DNA from: Candidatus Latescibacterota bacterium
GTDB lineage: Bacteria; Latescibacterota; UBA2968; UBA8231
Direction of reading: 5' to 3'
Assembly: GCA_965248355.1 (NCBI GenBank)
Contig: OZ252098.1
Coordinates: 3,712,001 to 3,776,000, forward strand
Length of the DNA: 64,000 nucleotides
Under the pieces are notes generated by a model. It was not told where the DNA came from. It was given only the letters and a program-made list of their open reading frames with translations, and ran no database searches. This document shows positions 42,743 through 52,309 of the stretch, piece after piece; the stretch's first letter is position 1, and each line of letters opens with the position of its first letter. Position numbers and translations under genes: made by a program.

Positions 42743-43021
42743 ATGCCGTGGTCGAAAGGATCGCTTCTCTGGATTCGCCGGGGCCGGACGCCTTCCGGTG
42801 TGGTCTTCGTCCTGCGCAGATCCCTCGGAAACGCCGTTCGGCGCAACCGGCTCCGTCGGCGCCTCCGCCACATCTGCCGAGAGCTCCCATCTCCGGTCGC
42901 CGCGGGCCTCGTGGTCCTCGCTTTGCCGTCGGCTCCCGAATCCTCCTTTACGGCGCTGCGCACTGAGTTGACCGGACTCGTACAGACCCTGGAGGATCAA
43001 GAGCCCGAGAGCTTCACTTGA
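42743..43021 (+). CDS. rnpA: Ribonuclease P protein component (short N-terminus)
   Basis: RNR motif LGNAVRRNRLRRRLR; canonical position between rpmH and yidD. Confidence 0.8.
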   Translation: MPWSKGSLLWIRRGRTPSGVVFVLRRSLGNAVRRNRLRRRLRHICRELPSPVAAGLVVLALPSAPESSFTALRTELTGLVQTLEDQEPESFT

Positions 43022-43233
43022 AGGCTCTCCTTTCCGGCGCGATCCGTCTCTACCAGCTGTTGTTGTCCCCGCTGATCCCCCCGCATTGCCGTTTCCAACC
43101 GACTTGCTCCGAGTACGCCCTGATGTCCATCAGCCGGCATGGTGCCCGGGCCGGATTGTGGCGGACTCTGGTGCGGCTGTGCCGGTGCCACCCCCTCGGG
43201 AGATCAGGCTACGATCCCGTGGACCAAGGATAG
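43018..43233 (+). CDS. yidD: Membrane protein insertion efficiency factor
   Basis: YQLLLSP, CRFQPTCSEY, RCHP...GYDPV. Confidence 0.93.
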   Translation: MKALLSGAIRLYQLLLSPLIPPHCRFQPTCSEYALMSISRHGARAGLWRTLVRLCRCHPLGRSGYDPVDQG

Positions 43234-44946
43234 ATGGACGACAAGCGTACGATCATCGCCATGCTGCTGGTCGGCCTCATTTTCCTCTTGATGCCTGCCT
43301 ACTACGAAGTGGTTGGCGTTTCGGAACCACCCCCCGAGCCCGAGCCCGAGTCCTCTCCCGAGGAGCGGGAGTCGCGCAAGGACACGACGAGCATTTCTCC
43401 CGCGGGAGTTCCGCCGGGGCCCGCCGTCTCGCCCGAGGTTTCGAAGGCACCGTCGCAGGAATCGGAGCGTGCCCCGCAGGAAACCCCACGGGAACGACAT
43501 GTGACCATCGAGACCCCGCTGCAGCGGCTTCGGTTCAGCACCCGCGGGGGCGTGCTTGTCGGAGCAGGACTGCCACAGTATTCCCAAGGGACCGGTGGCC
43601 CCCTCGAACTGATGCCCAGCGGCGGTCATGGCCTGGGTCTGACCATACAGCCGGAGGCCGGAGAGGACGTGCTTGTCGACCTCGACGGATGGCATTTCGA
43701 GCCTGATCGCGAACGCCTTCGTGTGGAGGCCGGCGGGGAGGGTCGGCTGAGGCTGCGGGCCGAGCTGGGAGATGGCCGGTCGGTCGAGAAGGTCCTCGTC
43801 GTGCGGGGGGATCAGTATGGCCTGCAGGTCGGCGTCTCACTACACGGCTTTCCGAATGATTCGATTGCGCGTCTTTCCTGGCATCGCGGTATCGCCCTGG
43901 CGGAGCGCGAGGCCGACCTCGACCTGCAATCGATGAAAGCCCTGGCCCACATCAATGGGAGCCTCTACGACATCCAGGTGGATGAAGACGAGGAGGCCTC
44001 CGAGAGCCAGCGAGGGATCGTGCAATGGGTGGGAGTTCGCAACAAGTACTTCCTCTGTGCCCTCGCCCCCGACTCGGAGGCCCGACATCGTGTGGCCCTT
44101 ACGGGGCGGCCGCTCACCCATCCCCCGTACAGGGACTATGGATTTGTCCTCGGCACACGCTGGGGCGATGTGGAGGATGGACACTGGAGCCTGCTGCTCT
44201 ATCTGGGTCCCCTGGATCTTGAGCAGGTGGGCCGCTACGACCGCGACTTCGACCGCGCCATGGACCTGGGATTCCCTGTTGTGCGCCAGATCGCGACCGT
44301 GGTGCTAACACTGTTTGTCGCAGCGTACTCCATTGTTCCCAACTACGGGTGGGTCATTGTCCTCTTCGGCGTGATCGTGAAGATCCTCGTATACCCCTTG
44401 ACCCACAAATCCTATGAGTCGGCGGCGCGGATGCAGGAGCTGCAGCCCAAGATTGCCTCTTTGCGGGAGAAATACAAGAACAACAACCAGAAGCTGAGTC
44501 AGGAGACCATGAAGCTCTACCGCGCCGAGGGCGTGAATCCTCTCGGCGGATGTCTGCCCCTCCTCCTTCAGATGCCGATCTTCATCGCCCTGTATCAAGT
44601 CTTCTCCAGCGCCATCCAGTTGCGCCAGACACCCTGGATGCTGTGGGTGGACGATTTGTCGCTCCCCGACACCGTGGCCATCGGCGGTTTCGAGCTCCAC
44701 GTGCTGCCGTTGTTGATGTCAGCGGCCATGTTTGTCCAGTCCAAGATGACAATGAAGGACCCCAAGCAGGCAGCGCTTGTCTACGTGATGCCGGTGGTCA
44801 TGGTCTTCATCATGTGGAATTTCTCCTCGGGTCTCGTCCTGTACTGGACCGTGTTCAACGTGCTCCAGATCGCTCAGCAGCACCTCACAAACTATCTCAA
44901 GAAAAAGAAGCAAGCGGTCGTCTCTGCCGTCCCCGTTCGCGGCTGA
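43234..44946 (+). CDS. yidC: Membrane protein insertase YidC (long, diderm type)
   Basis: N-terminal TM, periplasmic domain, NYGWVI, GVNPLGGCLPLLLQMP, GLVLYW. Confidence 0.96.
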   Translation: MDDKRTIIAMLLVGLIFLLMPAYYEVVGVSEPPPEPEPESSPEERESRKDTTSISPAGVPPGPAVSPEVSKAPSQESERAPQETPRERHVTIETPLQRLRFSTRGGVLVGAGLPQYSQGTGGPLELMPSGGHGLGLTIQPEAGEDVLVDLDGWHFEPDRERLRVEAGGEGRLRLRAELGDGRSVEKVLVVRGDQYGLQVGVSLHGFPNDSIARLSWHRGIALAEREADLDLQSMKALAHINGSLYDIQVDEDEEASESQRGIVQWVGVRNKYFLCALAPDSEARHRVALTGRPLTHPPYRDYGFVLGTRWGDVEDGHWSLLLYLGPLDLEQVGRYDRDFDRAMDLGFPVVRQIATVVLTLFVAAYSIVPNYGWVIVLFGVIVKILVYPLTHKSYESAARMQELQPKIASLREKYKNNNQKLSQETMKLYRAEGVNPLGGCLPLLLQMPIFIALYQVFSSAIQLRQTPWMLWVDDLSLPDTVAIGGFELHVLPLLMSAAMFVQSKMTMKDPKQAALVYVMPVVMVFIMWNFSSGLVLYWTVFNVLQIAQQHLTNYLKKKKQAVVSAVPVRG

Positions 44947-44977
44947 CCCGGGGTCCCGCGGCCGGCGGCCAGCTGGT

Positions 44978-46321
44978 TTGCCCTCACCCGACTCATCCAC
45001 AATCGTTGCCGTCTCCACTCCCCGTGGACCAGGCGGGGTCGGACTGCTCCGCCTGAGTGGTATCCATGCCCTGCCAATCGGCAGGCGCGTTTTCCTCTCT
45101 CGACCGCGGCTACGGCGTCCCCGCTACGTCTACCTTGGACGTGTAGTGGACCGGCACCGGGAGCCCTTGGACACGGCCTTGGCATGGTATCTCAAGGGCC
45201 CGAAGTCGTACACCGGGGAAGATACTGTCGAGATCTCTACGCACGGCAGCGATGCCCTCCTCGAACTCGTGCTCGACGCGGCCATCCACCTTGGAGCACG
45301 GGTGGCCGAGCCGGGGGAGTTCACAAGACGCGCCTTCCTCAGTGGACGGATCGATCTGCTGCAGGCCGAGGCCGTGGTCGATCTGATCCTTGCCGGCAGC
45401 CGGAGTGGTCTCCAGGCCGCGTACGGAGCAGTGTCGGGCCGCTTGACCGAGGTGGTCGGCTCTCTGCGGGAGCGACTGACCCGGGCGCTGGTTCAGGTCG
45501 AGGCGGGACTGGACTTCGTCGAGGATGTGAGTCCCGACGAGCTGGAAGAGGTTGGTGGCATCGTGTCCGGCGCCATCGGTCAGGCCAAGGAGTTGGTGGA
45601 GACATTCGAAGGGGCCCGCCGCCGTCGAGACGGTTGGAAGGTCGCAATAGTGGGTCGACCGAATGCCGGCAAGTCCACCCTGCTGAACGCGATGCTGGGG
45701 GAGGACCGCTCCATCGTCGCCGAAGAACCGGGGACGACCCGGGACTGGGTGGAGGGATCGCTGATCTGGGAAGGGGAGATCATTCGCCTGGTCGACACAG
45801 CGGGTCTGCGGGTCGGGGCGGACCGAGTCGAAGCCGCCGCCGTGCGGAGATCGAGCCAGCAGGCGGCGGAGGCCGATGTCGTCGTCGCTGTCGTCGATGG
45901 GTCGGAAGACCGCATCGTCCCAACGGGGGAATTCTCGGATCCAGGGTGGAGAGCCACCATCGTGGTGGTGAGCAAGGCGGATCTGCCGCGTTTGGTGAGA
46001 GCGTCATCAGAGGCTGGTGCCATTGAGGTATCCGCTCATACGGGCGGTGGCCTGTCAGAGCTTCGGGCCCGGATTCTGTCGGCACTGCCGAAACGGGAGC
46101 CCTTCGACGGGGCCGGACTCCTGAGGGAACGCCACCACGAAGCCTTGTCCCATGCCCTGGCAGCGGCCGAAGCGGCCCTTCGGGATCTTTCTGTGGGCAA
46201 CCAGGAGTTGGCGGCAGCAAGGCTCCGCGAGGCGCTCCGGCGGGTTGGAGAGCTCCTCGGAGAATCCGTGGACGACGATGTGTTGGACAGGATCTTCCTG
46301 GAATTTTGCATCGGAAAGTGA
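44978..46321 (+). CDS. mnmE: tRNA modification GTPase MnmE
   Basis: SYTGED, PGEFTRRAF, GRPNAGKS, GTTRD, DTAG, C-terminal FCIGK. Confidence 0.96.
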   Translation: MPSPDSSTIVAVSTPRGPGGVGLLRLSGIHALPIGRRVFLSRPRLRRPRYVYLGRVVDRHREPLDTALAWYLKGPKSYTGEDTVEISTHGSDALLELVLDAAIHLGARVAEPGEFTRRAFLSGRIDLLQAEAVVDLILAGSRSGLQAAYGAVSGRLTEVVGSLRERLTRALVQVEAGLDFVEDVSPDELEEVGGIVSGAIGQAKELVETFEGARRRRDGWKVAIVGRPNAGKSTLLNAMLGEDRSIVAEEPGTTRDWVEGSLIWEGEIIRLVDTAGLRVGADRVEAAAVRRSSQQAAEADVVVAVVDGSEDRIVPTGEFSDPGWRATIVVVSKADLPRLVRASSEAGAIEVSAHTGGGLSELRARILSALPKREPFDGAGLLRERHHEALSHALAAAEAALRDLSVGNQELAAARLREALRRVGELLGESVDDDVLDRIFLEFCIGK

Positions 46322-46333
46322 GCACAGGGAGGC

Positions 46334-46349
46334 TGTTCCACGTGGAACG
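46334..46349. promoter_or_regulatory. parS site
   Basis: TGTTCCACGTGGAACG, 15/16 match to the parS palindrome TGTTCCACGTGGAACA. Confidence 0.85.
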
Positions 46350-46387
46350 ACGGCCTTCGGTCCACGGGGGGAAAACCATCCGCGGGC

Positions 46388-46403
46388 TGTTCCACGTGGA
46401 ACA
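46388..46403. promoter_or_regulatory. parS site
   Basis: Perfect palindrome TGTTCCACGTGGAACA. Confidence 0.92.
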
Positions 46404-46453
46404 GTTCACGGGGCCTGTTGTGCCGTCCTGCCGGTGGAAGCCTTGGCCTCCGA

Positions 46454-47074
46454 ATGCCTGAGAGCGGCCAAGGCTGCGGATTGGCCCTACTTCTGAAGGA
46501 CCTGTGTCTGGACATGACCAACAGGGAGCGGCAGGCGGCGGCCTCCGCCCTTCTGGGCTACCTGAGAATCCTGTGGCGTTGGAATGCCAAGCTGAATCTG
46601 GTGTCCGCGGTCGATCGGAATGCGGTCTGCGAAAGACATCTGATCCCGTCTCTTCGGCTGCGGCCGTCCATTCGCAAGGTGCGTCACGCAAACGTCCTCG
46701 ACGTGGGATCCGGGGCAGGGTTCCCGGGCATCCCTCTGGCGATCACGACGCCGGGGTCTCGGTTTACACTGGTCGAGAGCCGGCGCCGGAGGGCAGTCTT
46801 CCTGCGAGCGGTGATTCGCGAGCTCTCGCTGGAAAACACGAGGGTGGTCAATGAGCGAATCGAGGACTGGCGTCCGGGGATTCGTGCCGATGTCGCCTTG
46901 GCCAGATCTGTCGCAGATCCGGGCCGAGTCGCCGATCTGGTCGCACACGTCCTGGCTCACGACGGGTTCCTTCTGGTGACGCTCCCTCCGGCCGCTGGGT
47001 CAGAGCACAGTTCGGATGCGCAGTTCCCCAGCCGCCCCCGGCACACGCTCTGGCAGCCGTTCTTCCGACCTTGA
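46454..47074 (+). CDS. rsmG: 16S rRNA m7G527 methyltransferase RsmG (GidB)
   Basis: WNAKLNLVS, RH, LDVGSGAGFPGIPLA, LVES, ARSVA. Start uncertain (46454 or 46514). Confidence 0.9.
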   Translation: MPESGQGCGLALLLKDLCLDMTNRERQAAASALLGYLRILWRWNAKLNLVSAVDRNAVCERHLIPSLRLRPSIRKVRHANVLDVGSGAGFPGIPLAITTPGSRFTLVESRRRRAVFLRAVIRELSLENTRVVNERIEDWRPGIRADVALARSVADPGRVADLVAHVLAHDGFLLVTLPPAAGSEHSSDAQFPSRPRHTLWQPFFRP

Positions 47075-47083
47075 AGGTGGCTT

Positions 47084-47267
47084 TGTGGATATCTCCGTTG
47101 AAAAGAAAGAGGGCTCAGGGGCCTTTTCCACAGTCATCCACAAGCCCTGGTGGATAACCAAAAACGCTCGGCCGGGGGTGCCCCTCCCCTTGGAAAATCT
47201 GGCACTTGGCCGATCTTCGTGGACAGTCGCCGAGAGGCTCTCCTTGGGTATCAACATCGGTGGAAAG
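47084..47267. promoter_or_regulatory. Second DnaA-box cluster
   Basis: TGTGGATAT (47084), TTTTCCACA (47124, perfect TTWTNCACA), TCATCCACA (47134), GGTGGATAA (47149), GTATCAACA (47248), GGTGGAAAG (47259), plus weaker copies. Confidence 0.75.
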
Positions 47268-47342
47268 GTGTGCCTTGCCGCCGTTTGCGGACCCCGCGTA
47301 TATTCCTACGCGATTCATTTACCCGTTGACCGAAGCGCCTCA

Positions 47343-47954
47343 TTGATCGTTTCTCAACTCCAGTCCGGCGTCAGGCGAGCGCTCCGACCGGTAGCCCAGC
47401 TCTTTATCCAGGTGGGTTTCCGCCCCGATTGGCTAACCATGCTCGGTCTGTTGCTGAACGTGGTCGCCACCGCGGCGTTCGCAATGGGGCAGTTGCGTTG
47501 GGGGGCGGCCATCATGCTTGTGGCAGGACTTTGTGATGTCCTCGATGGCCAAGTGGCCAGGGAGGGACGTAGCGAATCGAAGTTCGGCGCCTTGCTGGAC
47601 TCGACGACCGACCGCTACTCCGAGATCTTCCTCTATTTCGGGATTGGCGCTTACCTGATCCGCAGTGGGGAATGGGCCCTTAGCGGGATCCTGTTCTTCG
47701 CGCTCTCCGGGTCGCTGATGGTCAGCTACGTGCGGGCACGAGCCGAGGGATTGGGGGAGGACTGCAAGGTCGGCTTCATGCAGCGCCCGGAGCGCTTGGT
47801 TGCCATGGCGCTTGGCGGGCTCGTGGGCCACGAAGGCCTCGCCTTTGTTCTCGTTCTGCTCGCGGTGACGACCAACTATACGGTAATCGAGCGACTCGCC
47901 CATATCCGGAACAGGCTCAAGTCTCCTTCTCCCCCGTCCCATCCGGGCGCCTGA
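47343..47954 (+). CDS. CDP-alcohol phosphatidyltransferase family protein
   Basis: DVLDGQVAR...FGALLDSTTDR signature, VSYVRARAEGLG, GFMQRPER. TTG start is inferred. Confidence 0.9.
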   Translation: MIVSQLQSGVRRALRPVAQLFIQVGFRPDWLTMLGLLLNVVATAAFAMGQLRWGAAIMLVAGLCDVLDGQVAREGRSESKFGALLDSTTDRYSEIFLYFGIGAYLIRSGEWALSGILFFALSGSLMVSYVRARAEGLGEDCKVGFMQRPERLVAMALGGLVGHEGLAFVLVLLAVTTNYTVIERLAHIRNRLKSPSPPSHPGA

Positions 47955-48022
47955 AGGCCCATGCCGCTTATGGGCCGCATATCTACCACTTACTTCCGGA
48001 GATCAGTTGGTTCTCCTGGTTC

Positions 48023-48664
48023 ATGAGGTCACCACTATTCGTCGTCTTCGAAGGGCCCGACGGTTCCGGCACGAGCACCCAATGCCAGATCCTGTGCGAC
48101 CGGCTGCGCTCGCAGGGGCACGAGATCGTCCAGACCCGTGAGCCGGGGGGCACGGAGGCGGGCGAGCGAATCAGGTCGTTGGTCCTCGATCGGAGATTGG
48201 AGAACCTGGATGATGTCGCCGAACTCCTCCTATACGCCGCGAGCCGCAGACAGCACTTGCATCAGCTCATAGAACCGACCCTGGCGGCGGGGAAGCCAGT
48301 GATAAGCGATCGATATGCGGCATCCTCCCTCGCCTATCAGGGCGCGGGGAGAGGCCTGGGCCCTGAGCTTGTCTCGGTTGTGAACGAGCTCGCAACCCGT
48401 GGACGGGAGCCCGACGCTACCGTGTTCCTGGATCTCCCTCTTCGGCAGGCCGGCCAGCGGCGGATCAATCGAGGGGGCCGAGCGGACCGGATCGAGGCGG
48501 CGGGGAACACTCTGCAGAAACGTGTAAGCCTCGCCTACCGTCAGTTGGCGAAGAGGGATCCGGATCGGAGCTTGTTGCTGGATGCCAGTCCGGGGGTCGA
48601 GGAAGTGGCGGCCTGCATAGAGAGGGATCTGGCCTCCCGCTTTCCGACCTTTCCCTATGGATGA
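48023..48664 (+). CDS. tmk: Thymidylate kinase
   Basis: FEGPDGSGTSTQ, TREPGGT, LLYAASR, SDRY..SSLAYQG. Confidence 0.93.
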   Translation: MRSPLFVVFEGPDGSGTSTQCQILCDRLRSQGHEIVQTREPGGTEAGERIRSLVLDRRLENLDDVAELLLYAASRRQHLHQLIEPTLAAGKPVISDRYAASSLAYQGAGRGLGPELVSVVNELATRGREPDATVFLDLPLRQAGQRRINRGGRADRIEAAGNTLQKRVSLAYRQLAKRDPDRSLLLDASPGVEEVAACIERDLASRFPTFPYG

Positions 48665-50553
48665 CTAGGCGATCGATGAGACAGTCACGCGCGACTGCGG
48701 CCGGCATCGGAGCTACACTTACTGCCGCATTTAGCACGCTGATTGGGCAAATCACTCCCGTACACGGTGATCGGAATGATCCCTATGAGTCTATCAACGA
48801 CAGCTGGGATCGGTTCGGGGCGGTGTACGGCCGAGTGATCCAGCACTACTACGATCCGGTGGATCACAGTGCCATCATGAGGGCCGCCATCGAAGGAATG
48901 CTGAGGGAACTGGATCCCTATTCCCAGTACTTCGACGAGGAGGGGTTGCGCCAGCTTCGCCAGGACACGACCGGGCGTTTCGCTGGTCTTGGGATCACGG
49001 TCGGAATGATGGACGAGACGCCGGTGGTGATCGCCCCGATCGAGGGCACGCCGGCTGATCGAGCCGGGCTGCTCCCCGGCGACCGGATCGTGGCCATCGA
49101 AGGCGGGAAGACCTTCGGCCGGTCACTGGAAGAAGTGGTCACGGAACTGCGCGGAGAACCGGGGACCTCGGTACGGATCACCATCCATCGGCGGGGGGTG
49201 CTGCCAAACCGGGAGGTGGTCATCGTCCGAGAGATGATCAAGATCCGCAGTGTCGCGGTGGCCGAGGAAATCCTCCCGGGGATCGGGTATATCAGCATGC
49301 GCCAGACCCGGTTTTCGGAGGAGACATCCACGGAGATGGAGGCCGCCCTCGAGCAACTGTTGGCCGCGGGCGTGGGGGGCCTGATTCTGGACCTCAGGGG
49401 TAACCCGGGGGGATTGCTCAGCCAGGCGACGGAGGTGGCCGATCTGTTTCTCCCGAGGGGAGCCCCGATCGTCTCCGTGCGCGAACGTTCCGGGCGGCGG
49501 GAGGAGACCAAGCGCTCTGAGCGCCGCCCCCCGGTCCCGCAGCTACCCCTCGTCATCCTGCTCGATGGGGGCAGCGCCAGCGCAGCGGAGATCGTCGCCG
49601 GAGCGGTGCAGGACAATGGCCGCGGGATCGTTGTCGGGACGACCTCTTTCGGCAAGGGCTCGGTGCAGACGATCTTCGATCTCCGCGATCAGCAGCGTGC
49701 TGCCCTGAAGCTGACGACGGCGCTGTATTTCACCCCGAGCGGGCGCAGCATCCACAGGGAGTCGTTGACGCCGGGGGTGCAGCAGGTTCCGTTCGGAGAT
49801 GTCAGCCTGCCAGCTGGCCAGTTGCTGTCCGTTGTGGTCACTTCTCCAGGCATCGATGTCGCGAGAGATCGCCTTCAAGCCCGGTTCGATCTGGACGAAT
49901 CCCTGTCCCGACAAATCCTCCAGACGAGACTCGGGGATCTCGCAGGCCGGGTCTCGGCAAGCATTGACAGCGATCTTGTGGAGGAGACGCCGTCTGGCAC
50001 GAATGTCGGCCCGATCGTGCACCGCAGCGGGGGGATCAAGCCGGACCTGGTCGTCGAGGGCCACGTCTCCCCACCCTACATCCAGGAGTTGCGCCGCCAC
50101 AGGGTCTTCTTCGACTTCGTCGTGGACTACGTCGGCCGGACGGCCGAACGGGGGGACGGCCCCTCGCCGACGGAGGTGGACGAGGCCATGCTGGCGGCCT
50201 TTCGGGAGTATGTGCCTGGCTCGCCGGCGGGCGAGGCCCGCCGGCGGAGGTTCCGGGAATCCTTGGAGGGGCTGCGGCAGTTGGCCGAAGAGTCCGGCGG
50301 GAACGTCGGCATCCAGACGCGGATCGACAGCTTGGAACTGGCCATCCGGCGCCAGGCAGAGGTCGTTCTTCTATCGGCGGACCTGGAGGGGTACTTACGC
50401 ACCGAACTGCGGCAGGAGCTCGCCCTGCGCCTCGATGGGCGCAAGGCCAGCCTCTTGGTGGCTCTGAAAGGAGATCCCCAAGTGATGGCCGCGGTGACTC
50501 TGCTGCAAGATCCAGCCGAGTACGATCGCGTCCTGTCCGGTGGATCGCAGTGA
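48661..50553 (+). CDS. S41 family C-terminal processing peptidase with PDZ domain
   Basis: LDPYSQY, PDZ GLGI, LDLRGNPGGLL, SASAAEI, FGKGSVQ, YFTPSGRSI. Confidence 0.93.
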   Translation: MTRRSMRQSRATAAGIGATLTAAFSTLIGQITPVHGDRNDPYESINDSWDRFGAVYGRVIQHYYDPVDHSAIMRAAIEGMLRELDPYSQYFDEEGLRQLRQDTTGRFAGLGITVGMMDETPVVIAPIEGTPADRAGLLPGDRIVAIEGGKTFGRSLEEVVTELRGEPGTSVRITIHRRGVLPNREVVIVREMIKIRSVAVAEEILPGIGYISMRQTRFSEETSTEMEAALEQLLAAGVGGLILDLRGNPGGLLSQATEVADLFLPRGAPIVSVRERSGRREETKRSERRPPVPQLPLVILLDGGSASAAEIVAGAVQDNGRGIVVGTTSFGKGSVQTIFDLRDQQRAALKLTTALYFTPSGRSIHRESLTPGVQQVPFGDVSLPAGQLLSVVVTSPGIDVARDRLQARFDLDESLSRQILQTRLGDLAGRVSASIDSDLVEETPSGTNVGPIVHRSGGIKPDLVVEGHVSPPYIQELRRHRVFFDFVVDYVGRTAERGDGPSPTEVDEAMLAAFREYVPGSPAGEARRRRFRESLEGLRQLAEESGGNVGIQTRIDSLELAIRRQAEVVLLSADLEGYLRTELRQELALRLDGRKASLLVALKGDPQVMAAVTLLQDPAEYDRVLSGGSQ

Positions 50554-50706
50554 GGCTGCATGCAATTCCGTCCCACCGGCCCGGGAACGCGCCGTATCCC
50601 GGAGGTCGCTTTCTGAGACCTGCCGAGGCCGTTCGCGGCTCCCAGGTCCGGTGGCCGACTCATCTAAGCATATTCGTGGGACCTATGTCCCTCTAGTGGA
50701 GTGAGA

Positions 50707-52227
50707 ATGGGCACAGAGATCTATATCAACCAAGGAGTACACGAGTCTCGCATCGCCATCGTCGAGGAGGGTGAACTCGCCGAGATTTGGGTGGAACGCC
50801 CGGAAGCGGAGCGCATGGTCGGAGATGTCTACAAGGGAAGAGTGACGGCCGTCTTGCCGAGCCTGCAGGCGGCTTTCGTCGACATCGGGCAGGAGCGAAC
50901 CGCCTTCCTTCAGGTGCGGGACCTTGTGGAAGCAGAGAACGAAGAGGAGGACGGAGGGCGCCGGAACGGCCGGCGGCCGCGCCAGTATCCGCCGATCCAG
51001 GATCTGGTCAAAAAGGGCCAGGAGCTGCTCGTGCAGATCACGAAGGAGCCCATCGGCACCAAGGGGGCCCGTATCACCACGCAACTGGCCTTGGCTGGCC
51101 GCTTCGTCGTGCTCATGGCGAACGGTGACTGGGTGGGCGTTTCTCGCAAGATCAACAACTCGAGCGAACGGCACCGGGTGCGGGAGGCGGTACGCAAGCT
51201 GCTGCCGGAGGGGTTCTCCGTCATCGTGCGCACCGAAGGGCGTGGCCAGCAGGAGAAGGATTTCCGGCGCGATCTGAAGCAGCTGCAGCGAGCCTATCGA
51301 CGCTTGCAGAAGAAGGCCAAGCGCGCGGAAGCCCCGGCCCTGGTGCACCAGGAGCTGGGTATGACCTCGAGTGTAATCCGTGATCTCTTCACGGATAACG
51401 TCGACCGCCTGGTCGTGGACTCGCGAGAGCTGTATCGAGAGATCATCGAATACCTGAAGAGCGTTTCCCCCAAATTGCGGGAGCGGGTAGAGCTCCATCG
51501 GGACAAGAAACCCATCTTCGACCACTTCAAAGTGGAAAAGGAAATGGAGAAGGTCACGGATCGGGAGGTTCGCATGCACAAGGGCGGCTCCCTGGTCATC
51601 GACCATGCGGAAGCCGGCACCTTCATAGACGTGAACTCGGCGCGGAACAGCGGCAAGCGCGATCAGGAGGCGGGCATCCTGCACACCAACCTGGAAGCGG
51701 CCAGGGAAGTGGCGCGCCAACTGCGCCTGCGGGACATCGGGGGCATCATCGTCATCGATTTCATCGACATGCATGAAGAGCGCAACCGGAAGAAGCTCGT
51801 CGATGCCATGGTCGAGCAGGTGCGCAGGGATCGCGCCAGGGTGTCCATCAGTCCCCAGATCTCGGAGTTTGGCCTGATCGAGATGACGCGCCAGCGGGTG
51901 CGCCCAAACCTGCTGCATACCCAGTCGGAGCCGTGCCCGCTGTGCGCCGGGACCGGCCGGGTGATGGGACCCGACACGACGATCACCAAGATCGAGCGGT
52001 GGTTGCGGCGGGCCTATGCCGGCAACGGGGACCGGCGCTTCCGACTCCGTGTCCACCCCGACGTGGCCACCTACATGAGATCCGACAACGGCGGACGTCT
52101 GAAGGACATGCGCAAGGCCACCAAGGCCCGCATCGACATCGAGGAGGACACGGAGATGACCCCGCAGGAATACCGGTTCTACTCGGTCAAGCGCCACCTC
52201 GACGTGACCGCCGAGTACCGCAACTGA
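50707..52227 (+). CDS. Ribonuclease E/G family protein
   Basis: GDVYKGRV, AAFVDIG, KEPIGTKGA, IDVNS, LRDIGGIIVIDFIDM, Zn-link CPLC. Confidence 0.95.
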   Translation: MGTEIYINQGVHESRIAIVEEGELAEIWVERPEAERMVGDVYKGRVTAVLPSLQAAFVDIGQERTAFLQVRDLVEAENEEEDGGRRNGRRPRQYPPIQDLVKKGQELLVQITKEPIGTKGARITTQLALAGRFVVLMANGDWVGVSRKINNSSERHRVREAVRKLLPEGFSVIVRTEGRGQQEKDFRRDLKQLQRAYRRLQKKAKRAEAPALVHQELGMTSSVIRDLFTDNVDRLVVDSRELYREIIEYLKSVSPKLRERVELHRDKKPIFDHFKVEKEMEKVTDREVRMHKGGSLVIDHAEAGTFIDVNSARNSGKRDQEAGILHTNLEAAREVARQLRLRDIGGIIVIDFIDMHEERNRKKLVDAMVEQVRRDRARVSISPQISEFGLIEMTRQRVRPNLLHTQSEPCPLCAGTGRVMGPDTTITKIERWLRRAYAGNGDRRFRLRVHPDVATYMRSDNGGRLKDMRKATKARIDIEEDTEMTPQEYRFYSVKRHLDVTAEYRN

Positions 52228-52256
52228 AAGGGGATGTCCCCTCCTCCATTGGGGAA

Positions 52257-52285
52257 TTGACAGATCGGGAACCTGCCGTTACGTT
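52257..52285 (+). promoter_or_regulatory. Putative rplU-rpmA promoter
   Basis: TTGACA, 17 bp, TACGTT. Confidence 0.6.
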
Positions 52286-52309
52286 CTCTGGTTCACTGGA
52301 GGAAGGGCC

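Noticed and set aside
47016..47342. N-terminal extension of the CDP-alcohol phosphatidyltransferase ORF
   Set aside because: It overlaps rsmG and the DnaA-box cluster; family similarity starts only near 47343.
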